Below, one piece after another: positions 1 through 13,604 of a DNA stretch of 64,000 nucleotides. The position numbers and the translations under genes were made by a program. Numbering within the stretch: position 1 is the stretch's first letter; each line of letters starts with the position of its first letter. Below the pieces are notes generated by a model. The model was not told where the DNA came from and searched no databases. It saw only the letters and a list, made by a program, of their open reading frames with translations. This stretch comes from Octopus vulgaris (taxonomy: Eukaryota), in assembly GCA_951406725.2 (NCBI GenBank), contig OX597821.1, positions 59,396,001 to 59,460,000 on the forward strand, in the 5' to 3' direction.

Positions 1-753
1 GGGCTAAATATAGAGGGGACAGACATAGGTATTAAGTCGATTACATCGACCCCAGTGTGTAACTAGTACTTAATTTATTGACCCTGAAAGGCAAAGTCAA
101 CCTTGGTGGAATTTGAACTCAGAACGTAACGGAAGACGAAATACCGCTAAGCATTTCACCTGGCATGCTAATGTTTCTGCCAACTCACCACCTTAATAAT
201 AATATTGTACTAGTTCTCATAAGGCAGTGAGCCAGAAGGATCGTTAGCATGTCAGGGAAATTGCTTATTGGCATTTTGTCTATCTTTACATTCATCATCA
301 TTTAACGTTCATTGTCCATGCTGGCATGGGTTGGACAGTTTGATCAAAGCTGGCAAGCTAGGGAGTTGCACTGGACTCCAGTCTGATTTGCCATGGTTTC
401 TACGGTTGGATGCCCTTCCTAACAACAACCACTTTACAGAGTGTGCTGGGTGCTTTTGCGTGGCACCACATGGGTGCTTTTACATGTTGCCATATGGATG
501 CATTTACACCACCAGAAGGATTGGTCTTAACACTTCTGCTGCAGAGTACAGGTCTTCTTGAGTTCAAATTATTCGAATGGTAGACTTTGTCTTTCATCCT
601 TTCAGGTTTGAAGAAATAAGTAGCAGTTGAATACAAGAGCCAATGTATTCAACGTAACCCCTCCCTTCAAAATTTCTGACCTTGTGCCAAAATTTGAAAC
701 CAATATTGTATTAGCTCTCATTAATTTTTATTATCCTGCAACATTTGATTTTA

Positions 754-1320
754 TTGGGTTGTCCGGAAAGTTTGTGCCGATTTTTAAAGGAAAGAAAAAG
801 GTCAATAAATATTTGCCATTACATTTTTAATCAACCAAATATGAGCCATTTTGTTGCACAGTGCATCTCCATCTTTTCTTTAACTTGAAAATACCCTCTT
901 CTCAGAATTGAGGTGGTTTCATGGCAAAGAATTCATCAAGGTATCTTTTTATGTCATCCAAGGAATTAAAATTTTTACCATTAAGACTATTCTGCAGAGA
1001 CCTGAATAAGTAAGTGGAAATCTGAAGGAGCAATATCTGGTGAATCTGGAGGATGGGGTAACACATTTCAGCCAAGCTGCAGCAATTTTTGTCTGGTTCC
1101 CAAAGCATCAAGTGCTGAAAATAAACTTTATCTTCCATTTTAAAGGGTTACAGAATAAACACAGGTTATAGGAACATAAACCTTCTTCCACGAAAAGATA
1201 GCTTAAACTGTGCTCTAAATGGACGTGTAGTCAAATCCTATTTTATGGACTCAACCATGTTCTAAAATAAGTTGAAACATAAGCTACTATAAATCAGCAC
1301 AAACTTTCTGGACAACCAAA
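754..1320 (-). mobile_element. Internally deleted mariner element with both TIRs
   Basis: About 30 bp TIRs (ttgggttgtccggaaagtttgtgccgattt / aaatcagcacaaactttctggacaaccaaa) with TA on both flanks. The minus strand encodes a frameshifted mariner C-terminus HPPDSPDIAPSDF..LFRSLQNSLNGKNF. Confidence 0.88.
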
Positions 1321-1929
1321 TACATGTATACAACAGTTGAATAAATAGAACAGCTTTCAAGAGATAACTAGAAAAAGTACAAATTTCCACTGCATAATAT
1401 GCTAAATAATAGTATAATGACAACTCATAATTATCAAGAACAAATTAAGTAGACAGAATGAGAACACCTTATCACAAATCTGACTGACATAACTTTGAGT
1501 AGAACCTCAGGTCGTCCTATGTAGAACAACAAAAAAAAAATAAATAAAAACATCTGTCATGGAACTGAGTGACATAGTTCCTTGAAGCACCAGGGGTCAT
1601 TTTGTTTCATCATCATCATTTAACATCCACTTTGCTATGCTGGCATGGGTCAGATGTAATTCATAGAGGATGCACTTTCTGTTGCCAAACCTCACTTGTT
1701 TCCAAGTAAGGAAAAATTTTCCCACAGCCACAGACGTTTCCCACAGAAGAACAGAAATGAACAACATTACTTGTATGATGGTGAGGCTTGTTTACAGCCA
1801 TGAAATGGTGTTTAATCAAGAGTGCACACACGCGCACACACACACACACACACACATACACAACACTCACATATATCTACTTACCACGTAGCAACACCCA
1901 TGAATTTATGCCCCTGCACCATTTAAACC

Positions 1930-2170
1930 AGTGGTTCCAAACTAGGGTCCATGTGGCCCTTAGGGGTCCTCACAAGATTTTGTTAAAATTTATGTGTAAT
2001 AAATCAATTGTACTTCTACAACCCAGAAAACATTTTAACATTACTTTAATACAATTCCCAATAATATTTAGAATGTGATTTTTCTAAACATTTAAACATT
2101 TAATGAGGGTCCACCTGAATAAAATAGATATCAAAAGGGTACACATTCATAAAAATGATTGAGGGTTAAG
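1930..2170. mobile_element. Degenerate hAT-like MITE
   Basis: Starts cagtggttccaaac with gggtcc subterminal motifs. The right end is decayed and no TSD was found. Confidence 0.4.
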
Positions 2171-2744
2171 TGATTTAAATATTATTCATTGAATATATTT
2201 TCTCATTGAATTAAGCACATTTCCATAACAAATTTGTATCTAAATAACTACAATCTCAATATTAAAAATTTCACAAGCAACACTCGTATATTTTGTTGTG
2301 AGGAATGTGAGCAATAATCTAAAATTGCCTGCAGAAAACTTTAGGTATTTATTATATACTGAGGCAGTCTAACATTAGTTTCTAAGCCAATGAAATACCT
2401 CCTCTACTTAGTATCTTGACCTGCTAGAAACAGCTACCAAACACCCCTTAAATCATGCTGCACCATCTCAGAAAAGAGTACATGTTTGGGAATTCAATCT
2501 ACCTGTTTCTGTAACACCCAATGGAATTTCTAGAAAGTTCATGCTGGTATTTGGTAGGAAGATTCTAATTCAGTTGGTTACACATCAGCTGAGTGGAAAA
2601 ATCATCAAAATCTGAAAGCTATATGATAATGCATGATTAATTTTTTTTTAATGTGTTTAAATAAGTATTACATTTGACAGAGTAATCTGAATTCTAAAGG
2701 GTTAAAATGTAAAGTGGTAGACTTTCTTTCATTGTAGTATTCTT

Positions 2745-2777
<33 letters not shown>

Positions 2778-2994
2778 CCTCTCTCTCACATACACACACA
2801 ATTATTTAATATGTGTAGGCATACATGTGTGGTTAAGAAGTTTGCTTTGCAACCATCAAACTTTTGGGTTCAATCCCACTGCATTGGGCAAATGTCTTCT
2901 ACTATAGCTGTGGGCCTACCAGTGCCTTGAGAGTGAATTTGGTTGAAGAAAACTGAGTTAAAACCTGTGATATATCGTTTATCGTTTCGTTTAT

Positions 2995-3636
2995 TGTTTA
3001 ACGTCCGCTTTCCATGCTAGCATGGGTTGGACGATTTGACTGAGGTCTGGCGAACCAGACTCCGATCTGATCTGGCAGAGTTTCTACAGCTGGATGCCCT
3101 TCCTAATGCCAACCACTCCGAGAGTGTAGTGGGTGCTTTTACGTGCCACCGGCACGAGGGCCAGTTTGGTGGTACTGGCAATGGCTACGCTCAAATGGTG
3201 CTTTTTATGTGCCACCCGCACAGGAGCCAGTCCAGCAGCACTGGCAATGACCTCACTCGGATGTTTTTTCACGTGCCACCAGCACAAGTACTAGTAAGGC
3301 AACGCAGGTAACAATCACGCTCGAATGGTGTTTTTAACGTGCCATGTATGTATGTATATATATATATAGCCACCTGACTGGCTCCCATGCTGGTGGCATG
3401 TAAAAGCACAATTTGAGTGTGGTCAATGCCAGTGCTGCCTGATTGGGCCCTCGTGTTGATGGCATGTAAAAAGCACCCACTACACTCTTGGAGTGGTTGG
3501 CATTAGGAAAGGCATCCAGCTGTAGAAACCTTGCCAGATCAGATTGGAGCTTGGTGCAGCTTTCTGGCTTACCAGTCCTCAGTCAAACCATCCAACCCAT
3601 GCCAGCATGGAAAGCGGACATTAAACGATGATGATG
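2995..3636. mobile_element. Two family C retroposon copies in inverted orientation (about 2995-3343 and 3368-3636)
   Basis: tttaacgtccgctttccatgctagcatgggttgga...ctacagctggatgcccttcctaa, followed by its reverse complement. Confidence 0.85.
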
Positions 3637-3904
3637 ATATATATCATCAGTAAATCATAAACCCAAAAGAGAAGCACACTCTAAGTTATAGAGCAGTACA
3701 GTATTTAGATAAAGTTAGTTATGGCTGGTCTGTGGGGTTACCCAGGTTTTGCATCCATATGTGTGTGTGTGTGTGTGTGTGTTTGACCCTATCATCACTT
3801 GATATCCTGTGATGATTTGTTTACATCCCCATAACCTAGTGGTTCAACAAAGGAGTCTGACAGAATAAGCACCAGTACCAAACTTTAAAAGCATAGTTGA
3901 ATAA

Positions 3905-4295
3905 AGGCGTAAGAGTGGCTGTGTGGTAAGTAGCTTGCTTACGAATTATGTGGTTCCGGGTTCAGTCCCACTGCATGGCACCTTGGGCAAGTGTCTTCCA
4001 CTATAGCCTTGGGCCGACCAAAGCCTTGTGAGTGGATTTGATAGACGGAAACTGAAAGAAACCCATCGTATATATGTATATGTTTGTATATCTGTGTTTG
4101 TCCCCACCAACATTGCTTGACAACTGATGCTGGTGTGTTTACGTCCCTGTAACTTAGCGGTTCGACAAAAGAGACCGATAGAATAAGTACTAGGCTTACA
4201 AAGAATAAGTCCTGGGGTCGATTTGCTCGACTAAAGGCGGTGCTCCAGCATGGCCACACTCAAATGGCTGAAACAAGTAAAAGAGTAAAGAGTAA
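3905..4295 (+). mobile_element. SINE family A, full-length copy
   Basis: tRNA-like head (tggctgtgtggtaag, ggttcagtccc), central caccttgggcaagtgtctt block and gagtaaa tail. Many copies in the window. Confidence 0.85.
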
Positions 4296-5910
4296 AGCAA
4301 ACTCAATACAGTTTAGTTTGTTCAACTAAATCCTTCAAGGCTGTGCTTCTGCATGACTGCAGTACAATGACTGACTGAAACAAGCAAAAGAATCTGTATA
4401 GTATTTTTATACATTTCAGATTTGAACATGTTTGGCCAGTGACTTGAACTGAGATTTTGTGTTAAAACAAAAACAATTATGTCATATGCGCCATGAACCA
4501 TATTATGACACACAGACACTGTTACGTTTATTTCCTCAACTGTGAAAATTGTCTTTGCACGTCTCCAACCTTAGTCACTGACACAATCCTATAAGCAGTT
4601 AAATTGTGTTAGGGACCAGGTCATGAAAAATGTGATGAAAATTCTGACACCTCAAGAAATAAATATAGAATAAATATAGTCTTTGTGGTTCTTAAATGTT
4701 ATAAATGGCTCTTTCACATTTTCAAGAATAAAATATGGCAGATTTAGAAATACAAGCATACTACAACTTGTGTTGGTAATTGGTTCCAAGACATGCAACT
4801 TAACTCAAGAAACAATGTAACATGAAAAAATATATTTAAAAATTCATTGAAAAACATAAGATTTCCAGCTGCTATAAACAATCTCTTATAACATCTTCGC
4901 TGCTTAAAAGGCACACTATGTGGGGACTTTTATGCTAGCTTCTGTGGAGGACTAATTGGGCCTATGGCCCAAAACTGAAAGGGCTAAATAGTATGACCAT
5001 AATATGTCTATAATGACTATAATGACTATATGCCACGGTGGTGCTTGATCAGAAGTTAAGGATGGATTAGAATTAATTCTGTAATCCAGTCCTAAGTTGA
5101 ATTCCAACTGTTGGCCAATCAAGTTGGCATGAATCAGCCAAGCTTTACCTGCTAGAAATAGCAACCCAGACGCTTTTAAGTCAGATCCCAATGCTGGATG
5201 TTCAAGAACCAAAAAAAGGGCAGATTTTCTATCCCAGGATCATCCTGGTTCCAAAAAGGTATAATATGTCTACATTGAGCAAATGTAAACAGATACAGGG
5301 GTCCTGGACAGACAGAATTTCACTTTTATTATGGCTTTAAGCATTTAAATACAAATAAAAATGATAAAAGACAATGTTGAGAAAAATTTATAAAAGAACC
5401 AAAAATGAAAGAAAAATATAATAAATAAAAGCAAACATTTATTTAAGTGTTGACACCAATGTTCTTGATTGACCAGAAGTAGAAGTTGGAGAAGCATGGA
5501 TTACAGATTTGAAATCGAAGTCAAAGAGATCAATTTCTCATCAAATGTTTTCATTTCAGTTCGTTGACTTCCAGCATGCAGCAAGAACTCGTCTAGAATG
5601 CCTTGAATGGTTTTACTCTTCTTGTCATCCAGGATAACCTAAGGAACAAAGGCATCATGAATGTTCCCGATAATTTTAGCAAAGCATTCAGCATTGGGAC
5701 TCACCTCCTTGGAAAGAGTGAGTTATTTCTCTATATAGATAAAAGCTTACTGCATTTTATTGTTGGTGAGATGTCTTGGTTCTGGTTCCAGTTGCTGTGC
5801 CTCTTCTTGTTGTTGCTGTTCCTGAAGCTCCATTAATTTTCATCTGTAAATGTTTGCTTGTAAGCTTCAATTAATGCATCAAAATCCTCCTCCACCACAT
5901 CTCTATTCAT

Positions 5911-6138
5911 TTCTTATTTCTTTATTGCCCACAAGGGGCTAAACACAGAGGGGACAAACAAGGACAGACAAATGGATTAAGTCGATTATATCGACCCCAG
6001 TGCGTAACTGGTACTTATTCAATTGACCCCGAAAGGATGAAAGGCAAAGTCGACCTCAGCGGAATTTGAACTCAGAACGTAGCAGCAGACAAAATACCGC
6101 TAAGCATTTCGCCCGGCATGCTAACGTTTCTCCCAGCT
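5911..6138 (-). mobile_element. SINE family B copy; others near 1-194, 9919-10135, 22664-23160 and 27772-27978
   Basis: Shared blocks gagctggcagaa.cgttagca, ttctgagttcaaattc (B-box-like) and gactttgcctttcatcctttcggggtcga. Confidence 0.85.
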
Positions 6139-6630
6139 ATTTATTTCTTTTGACAACACCAACAACTCTTTGTTTACATCAGAAATGTCAAAACCCTTGA
6201 AATTGTTCACAAATTTCAGGAACAGTCTCTTCCATATGGTATTCATAGATGTTTCTGATACATCTTGCGATGCCACTGAAATATTTCATACATTTTCCAA
6301 AAACCATGGAGTGTGGTGCCTTCCTCCTTACCTGTTGCTGCTACACCCTGCCTGAGTGCATGCCTTTGGTAGTAACATTTGAAGTCAAGAATGACAGCCT
6401 GGTCCATAGGTTGCAGTAAAGAGGTGCTGTTAATGGGTAGGTATGCAACAAGGATATTACGGTGAAAGGCAATGACATTTTGTGGGTGACCAGGAACATT
6501 GCCTAAAACTGAATCTTGAATGGAATATGCTTCTCTTTACAATACCTGCTTGACTGTTGAAACAAAATTATTGTAAAAAAACAATCTTCAAAAATTATGA
6601 CAGTCATCTAAGCCCTAGTGTTTGACAGGT

Positions 6631-7005
6631 GGGGGCACAATGGCCCAGTGGTTAGGGCAGCGGACTCGCAGTCGTAGGATTGTGGTTTCGATTCCCAGAC
6701 CGGGTGTTATGATTGTTTATTGAGAAAAAACACCTAAAGCTCCACGAGGCTCTGACAGGGGGTGGTGGTGATCCCTGCTGTACTCTTTCATCACAACTTT
6801 CTCTCCCCTTTTTCCTGTTTCTATTGTACCTGTATTTCAAAGGGCCAGCCTTGTCACACTCTGTGTCATGCTGAATCTCTCTGAGAACTATGTTAAGGAT
6901 ACATGTGTCTGTGGAGTGCTCAGCCACTTGCACGTTAATTTCATGAGCAGGCTGTTCCATTGATTGGATCAACTGGAATCCTTATCGTAACTGACAGAGT
7001 GCCAC
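6631..7005 (+). mobile_element. tRNA-derived SINE family D; second copy near 29248-29566
   Basis: A box tggcccagtgg and B box gtttcgattc. Body gagaactatgttaagg...ccacttgcacgttaatttcatgagcaggctg is shared with the 29.4 kb copy. Confidence 0.8.
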
Positions 7006-8396
7006 GAGTCAGATGACGTTTAGCAATGTTAAAATTCAGGCATAAACTTCTCCTTGGCAATGAAGGACTGATCTGGCATTCTTTACCAGAAAAGCTCACT
7101 CTCATCAACTACATTGAAATTTTGCTGGGCTGTAAAGCTGTTGTCTTCAATAATCTTTGTCAATCTTGCAGGTAACTTGATTACTGTTACTGCATCAGCT
7201 GATGCACTTTCACTTTGGACCTCAAAACTTGGTAAACCTACCTTCCTTGGCAGTTTGCCAGGTTTGTTCTAATGATTAAGTAAATAAGTTTGAAATTTAT
7301 AGGATGTTCCATAAAGTATGATTTAGTCACCAGTGAAGACTTTCATACTTACATAGTGTCTGGGATAAGTCACTTTGGTAAGGATTACTTGCCTGCAAAA
7401 CATATTTGTTGTTGGTTTTCAGCTCAGCTCAACACTGCTAAGAAAGCTTTCATTAGCTTTAAAGCACACAAACATCTAACAACAGATTGAATATCACATG
7501 GTACTTATTTACATGTGTAGGCTCATGGTGGTCAGGTTATTGGACTCATGATCATATGGTTGTGGTTTCAATTCCTGGAATGGGCTATGCATTGTATTCT
7601 TGAGCAAAACACTTCATTTCATGTTGCTCTAGTCCACACAGCTAGCAAAAATGAATATGGTGAAGTCACAATGGGCCTGGCAAGCTGGCAATGGATGGTG
7701 GACCTGCCTAAAAAAACAAAGCAAAATGAACTTCTGGATTGATGGGTCATAAACCTTTCCTGATGTTGAGTATTGCCTTATTTACACGTAAGAAGACTGG
7801 GTCACTGCAGTGTTAGATATAGACTGCATTGTTAAGGCTCTAAGCTATATGAGGTTTGGAGACACTTGTTAAAAATTATTTAGCTCATTTTGAAACAATC
7901 TGGTTTTGGGTCTAGTCCCACCATGTGGCACCTTAGTCATCCTGGACTGACCACAGTTTTGTGAGTGAATTGTTTTAACAGAAACTGTGTGGAAGCATGT
8001 TTTAGCGATCTCACTAGTGCAAGTGGAGTAAAAAAGCACCCAGTACACTCTGTAAAGTGGTTGGCATTAAGAAGGACAACCAGCTATAGAAACCATGGCA
8101 AAGCTGACTTTGGAGTTTGACACAGTCTTGTAGCTTGTTGGGTCTTGTCAACCTATACAACCCACATAAGCATGGAAAATGGACATTAAATGATGATATG
8201 TGTGTTTTTGTGTCTGCCTGTCCCCATCCACTGCACGACAATCAGTGTTGGTTTGTTTACATCCCCTGTAACTTAGTGGTTTGGTAAAAAAGACTGATAA
8301 ACTAAGCGCCAGACTCAAAATAAATTACTCCTGATGTAGTCATGCTCAAAGGGTTGACATTGAATATGTTGACTCCATGTCAACATAATAATTAAC

Positions 8397-8765
8397 TTAT
8401 TGTATACAATGCTCAGGTGCACTATAACACAAGACAAAAAAATAGCCAAAAGTATATGAACAGTACATACAATAATGAACAGGAAGTGAGTAGTTTAAGG
8501 GAAAAAAAAATGGTGGGGCATTAGGTGTACTATTGGTGAATTTCAGGAAGCATGGAAGTTTTGAAGGATGTAGTGTCCTGACAGCTAACAACTAATGCAG
8601 GAAGTTTATTTCTTACTTCAGCAATTCTCAATGTGAGAAAATGTTTCCGAAAGTCATGTATTGTTTTATGATTTTGCAAGCATGTGCACAAGTGTTGTTG
8701 GAAAGATGGTGGATAATTTTGTGGCTATCTACCAAATCAGTAGCCAGACGTTGGAGCTTGACACA
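8397..8765 (-). mobile_element. Older copy of the same CR1-type LINE 3' end
   Basis: Shares ggaagcatggaagttttgaaggatg, ttcagcaa.tct and tgctcaggtgcac blocks with 9015-9420. Confidence 0.7.
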
Positions 8766-9014
8766 TGCATACACAAAATTAGACCCACACTCACACATAT
8801 ACATGAATGCTCCCCACCATATATACTCACCTAGGTACACTTAATACATACACAAACACATGCTGTTACATAAAAGGCTTGGCAAAACTCAACAATGCCC
8901 AATAAACTAAAAGTGCAAGTCAGCTGCAGAAGGGGAGGTAATTTCATAAGGAATGAAAATGTCATGAAAATGAAAGGAAAAAAAAAATCAATGAAGACTA
9001 AACAAATAATAATA

Positions 9015-9420
9015 ATGAAATTATTGTATACAGTGCTCAGGTGCACCACAACTTGTCAAAAGTGCATATAAAGCATATGCAGTAATGTACAAATGTCTGG
9101 AAAGTGAACAGTGTATGAGTCAGATATATGCTTGCGTGTGTATGGAAGGGAGAAAATCAGGTGTAGTGTTGGCGAATCTCAGGAAGCACGGAAGTTTTGA
9201 AGGATGCAGTGCTCCGACAACTAACAACTGATGCTGGCAGTTTGTTCCATGCTTCAGCAACTCTTAGCGTGAAAAAATGTTTCCAAAAGTCATGGGAGCT
9301 GTGCTGTTTTCTGACTTTGTAAACATGTCCACGGGTTTTAGACAGGTGGAGTTTGAAAAGGTGCTCAGAGTTATTGTTTGTAAGATGGTTAATAATTTTA
9401 TGGGTGTCTGCCAAATCAGA
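9015..9420 (-). mobile_element. 3' end of a CR1-type LINE (ORF2 C-terminus plus 3' UTR)
   Basis: TRGHVYKVRK...KHFFTLRVAEAWNKLPASVV...FK is the typical CR1 ORF2 end. Confidence 0.8.
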
Positions 9421-9888
9421 ACAATGTGAAGTATCTGTGTGTGTGTAGCAGTATCTTTATCTTATTTGTTTCAGTCATTAAACTCTGGCCATGCTGGGGC
9501 ACTGCCCTATAGGTTTTAGTTGAACAAATGAACACCAGTACTTATTTTTTAAGCCTGGTATTCTCTTTTGCTGAACTGCTAAGTTGCAGGGATATAAGCA
9601 AACCAGCACCAGGAGTCATGTGGTGTGTGTAGAACAAACACAAAAAATACACATGGAAGATACATACCATGCAGCGGGACTGAACCTGAAACTATAGGGT
9701 TACAATGTGAGCTTCTTAACCATGCAGCCATGTCTATGTAAAACGCTTAGAACATAGACAGATGAAATGTTGCTGAGTTCAAATTCTGCCAAGGTCGATT
9801 TTGATTTCATCCCTTTGTCATTGATATAGTAAGTAACAGTTAAGTACTGGGGTTGATTACTATAGGCCTCGTGCCTATAGTAGAAAGG

Positions 9889-9920
<32 letters not shown>

Positions 9921-11630
9921 GGTAGTGAGCTGGCAGAATCGTTAGAATGTTGGATAACATGCTCAGTTGCATATTTCTTCCATTTACATTCCAAGTTCAA
10001 ATTTCAACAAGGTCAATTTTGTCTTTCATTCTGTTAGGGTTGATGAAATAAGTACCAGTTAAGCACTGGTGTCGATTTATTTGACTTTCCCTTTTCCTCA
10101 AAAGCTACTGACCCTTGCAAAATTTTAAGCTATTATTAAAACTTTTGATATCAACTGGCCTAGGATTGCCCCAATTTCTGTGATAAGGCTGTGAAAATTA
10201 GCTTGCATCATCTTGTATCAGCATTTCTTACTTCTTTTCATCATTGTAGTACACTACACTTGAGATTGAACAAAGAAGATGCAGGTACCTTTTACAAATT
10301 AAAAAAAAGTATATTAAACTATTGATAACTTGATTGTTTTGTTAATGATACTTATAGATAACAAAATTATGAATAACATGATTTTCAAAATCAGCAATAA
10401 TTTCATCATCATTACCATTTTAACAATGATTTCTCGTGCTTGCATGAGTTGAACAGAGATTATTGAGACAGATTTTCTACAGCTGGATACCCTTCCTGTC
10501 ACCAATCCTCACCCATTTCCAGAATATTATAAATGAATGACACTTGCTCAAGGTGCCAAACAATGGGACTGAACCCGAGACTTTATGGTTGGGAAGTCAG
10601 ATTCTTAACCCTACAAACGAAAATCTGTAGTGTACCCAGATATCCCTTGTGAAGTACCATTTGAGAAGGGCTTCATTTGTTTAGCATAATTTTAGATGGA
10701 GATTTGCAGCAGAATTTTACAGCTGGACACTCTTCCTGTAACCAACTCTTACCTGTTTTTCAGTGTAAAAGTTTTTTTTTATTCCAGTCTTCAAAAGTGG
10801 TCATAATGGCAACAAGGAATGTTGACATCAGTAATCAGTACCTTTCTGCTTGAAGAGTGACAAACATAGAATATATAAGCATTGATGCACATTCACACAC
10901 ACATGCACAACTGACCTTCTCCAATTTCCATCTATCAAATTCAATCACATAGCATTGGTGTAGGTGTAGCTGTGTGGTTGAGAAACTTGTTTACCAACTC
11001 AATGTGGTCTTGGGTTGTCTCTCTGTGCAGCACCTTGGGTAAGTGTCTTCAACTATAGCTCCAGGCTGTCCAAAGCCTTGTGAGTGGATATGGTAGATGG
11101 AAACTGAAAGAAGCCCATTGCATGTATGTATGTGTGTGTACCCTTGTCTTGACATCATAGGATGGTTGTAAATGGGCGTGTTTGTTTCCAATCTTCTGTA
11201 GAAAATCATGTCTGGCCATGGGGAAATATTTACTTCTTTGCTTAGAAACAAGCGAGGGTCAATGACAGGAAGGACATATAACTGCAGAAAATCTGCTTCA
11301 ATAAATCCTGTCTAACCCATGCAAGCATGGAAAAGCAGATATTAAATGATGATGATATTAGGGTATGAAGACACTGAAAATGAATGATATCAATTGTTTC
11401 ATCAAAAATCACTGCTCAGTAAGAACATTGATTTGTTACTGCAGGTCTTTTCTAAGATAAACTAGAAACACCAGAGAATGCAGTTATTTAATATCAAGTC
11501 AAGTATGATCAATCAAAACTATAGTTATCCTGTCATTCCACCCTGCCTCTTCAGAAATAGTCAAGCTTATACTACGTAAACCAATATGTCCTTTTTCTAG
11601 ACAAGTAGGATGTGGTTTGTATGATATTTA

Positions 11631-11811
11631 CCATATTTTAACGTGTCTAAGGAACCCTCGTGTATAAGGAACGTCTTAATTTTTGGGGTTTAAAATTTGA
11701 AAAAAAAGGTTTTGTAAAAGATTATAATACTATCTATGTATAAAAAAACTCCCATATTTTTTTAACCTAATTTTTGACAAAAAAGGGTTCCTTATACATG
11801 TTAAAATATGG
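11631..11811. mobile_element. MITE of the Tc1/mariner-pogo superfamily
   Basis: TIRs ccatattttaacgtgtctaaggaaccct / agggttccttatacatgttaaaatatgg with TA on both sides. Confidence 0.8.
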
Positions 11812-13604
11812 TAAATTCTATATCTAGGAAGGTGAAGAATCATATGAAGGCTTATTCATGGTCTACATTTAAAAAAAGATAGAGAAAATATTTCATTTAA
11901 GTTCAAATTCAGAACCAACTTCATCTGAGGATAGAGTTGACATCCCCCAGAGTTGGAAAAGTTCAACATGATAATCACAATAATAGTTATTCCTTTCCTT
12001 TACACTGAGAGTGGGGGCTTTATTGTTTTAGCTTGATTTTTTTCTTTTAAACCCTCACTCTATAATGCCTTTTGTTTGCATATGAAGTGTTTGAATATAA
12101 TTGTGTTTGTAAATACATTTTCATCCTTGACCATTAAGCATTTAAACTGGTCATATCTGACCTAAATATTCTACTTGTTTTATGTTCAAACCATGGTGGT
12201 GCTCCAACATGGTCACAGCCGCATGGCTGAAATGAGTAAAAGAGTAAACTGACCAGATCTGGCTTTTCATACCCACTCTACAATGTCATCTTAAAACTAA
12301 ACAATTACATCATCAAAATTTCAAAGCTACAGAACAAAACATGAATATTTCAGAATAAAGTGAATAAATAAGAATTAAATTTGGCAGAGTAATCTGAATG
12401 CTAAAGGATTAAGGAATTGAAACTGAAACAACAGTATCTTAAATTTTTAAAAAGGGAGACGACTAATGCTTTCAAAACTACCGTTTTAACGCCTACTTTT
12501 CCATGCTTGTATCGGTTGGACTTAGTTTATTGAGGCAGTTTTACTATAGGTGGATGCCCTTCCTATCACCAAAACCTGTTTCCAAACAAGATGATATTTC
12601 CCCATGGTCATACGTTTTCACTGGAAACAAAGGATATTGCTTATATGATAGTGACACCCATTTACATCATGCGATGTCAAAAGAACACACACGTGACGAG
12701 TTTCTTTCACTTTCTATCTTCCAAATCCACAAACAAAGCTCTGATCAGCAGCCTGGGGCTATTGTTGCCCAAGGTGTCATGCAGTGGGACAGAACCCAAA
12801 ACCATGTGGTTGAGAAGCAAACTTTTGACCCATAGTCATTCTCATAAGTATTAAAAAGTGTGCTGCAATTAAACAGTTTGTGATTAACTCTTTAACCTTC
12901 AGATTACTTTGTTAAATGTAATGCTTATTCATTCACAGCATTTTGGTGGTACAAAGAAACTGTAATACGGGGAATAAAATACGGTTCACCTACCTCTCGT
13001 AGTTGGCTGTCCAGCTGTGTTAAGTCCAAACATGTGCCCTACCTGTCTCACCTAATGTTAGCAGCTGCAACTACAAAGCCCCACTAGCTTGCTCCACTCA
13101 TGTCCATTCACCAAAACTATCCCAGGCTGAAAGAGGACAACCCTGGTCTTGCTTCCCTCACTTCCTCTTTCCCCCTTCCTGGTCCAGTAGGGGCCCCTTC
13201 ACCATTCACATCACAGCCCTTTCCTTCTGGTTCATATTGCCACAATTTTGTAGCTTTGAGATTTTAAAATGATTGTTTATTTTTAGAATGGTATTGTAGG
13301 GTAGGTGTGAGAGATCAGATCTGACTGGTTTGAACATAAAACGTGTAGAATATCTGGCTGGATATGGCCAGTTTAAATATTAAAGATTAGATAAAATTTT
13401 AATTTAAATGAAAATTTTCTTTGGTGGATTGTGAATCTTTGATGTTCAAAACAAAAATCCAGACCTTAGCTTAACTTGTTCCCATTCTCCATTTCTTTCT
13501 TTTTTTTTTTCTAAAAATAGCATGATAAAAAAAAAAAAGTCAGAGGATATGGTGCTGAAATGGAAACAGAAGAAAATGATAAAGAAAAAAGAGAAAACAA
13601 AGTC

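Larger units (their letters stand above)
5480..7260 (-). pseudogene. Decayed pogo/Tigger-type (DDE_1, CENP-B-like) transposase interrupted by two SINEs
   Basis: Minus-strand remnants ESASAD (~7205), FNVVDESELFW (~7100), LGNVPGHP (~6495) and YLPINSTSLLQPMDQAVI (~6420), with stops and frameshifts. Boundaries approximate. Confidence 0.75.

Noticed and set aside
6631-6705. tRNA-like sequence with A and B boxes
   Set aside because: It continues directly into a SINE body that is repeated elsewhere, so it is a SINE head and not a tRNA gene.
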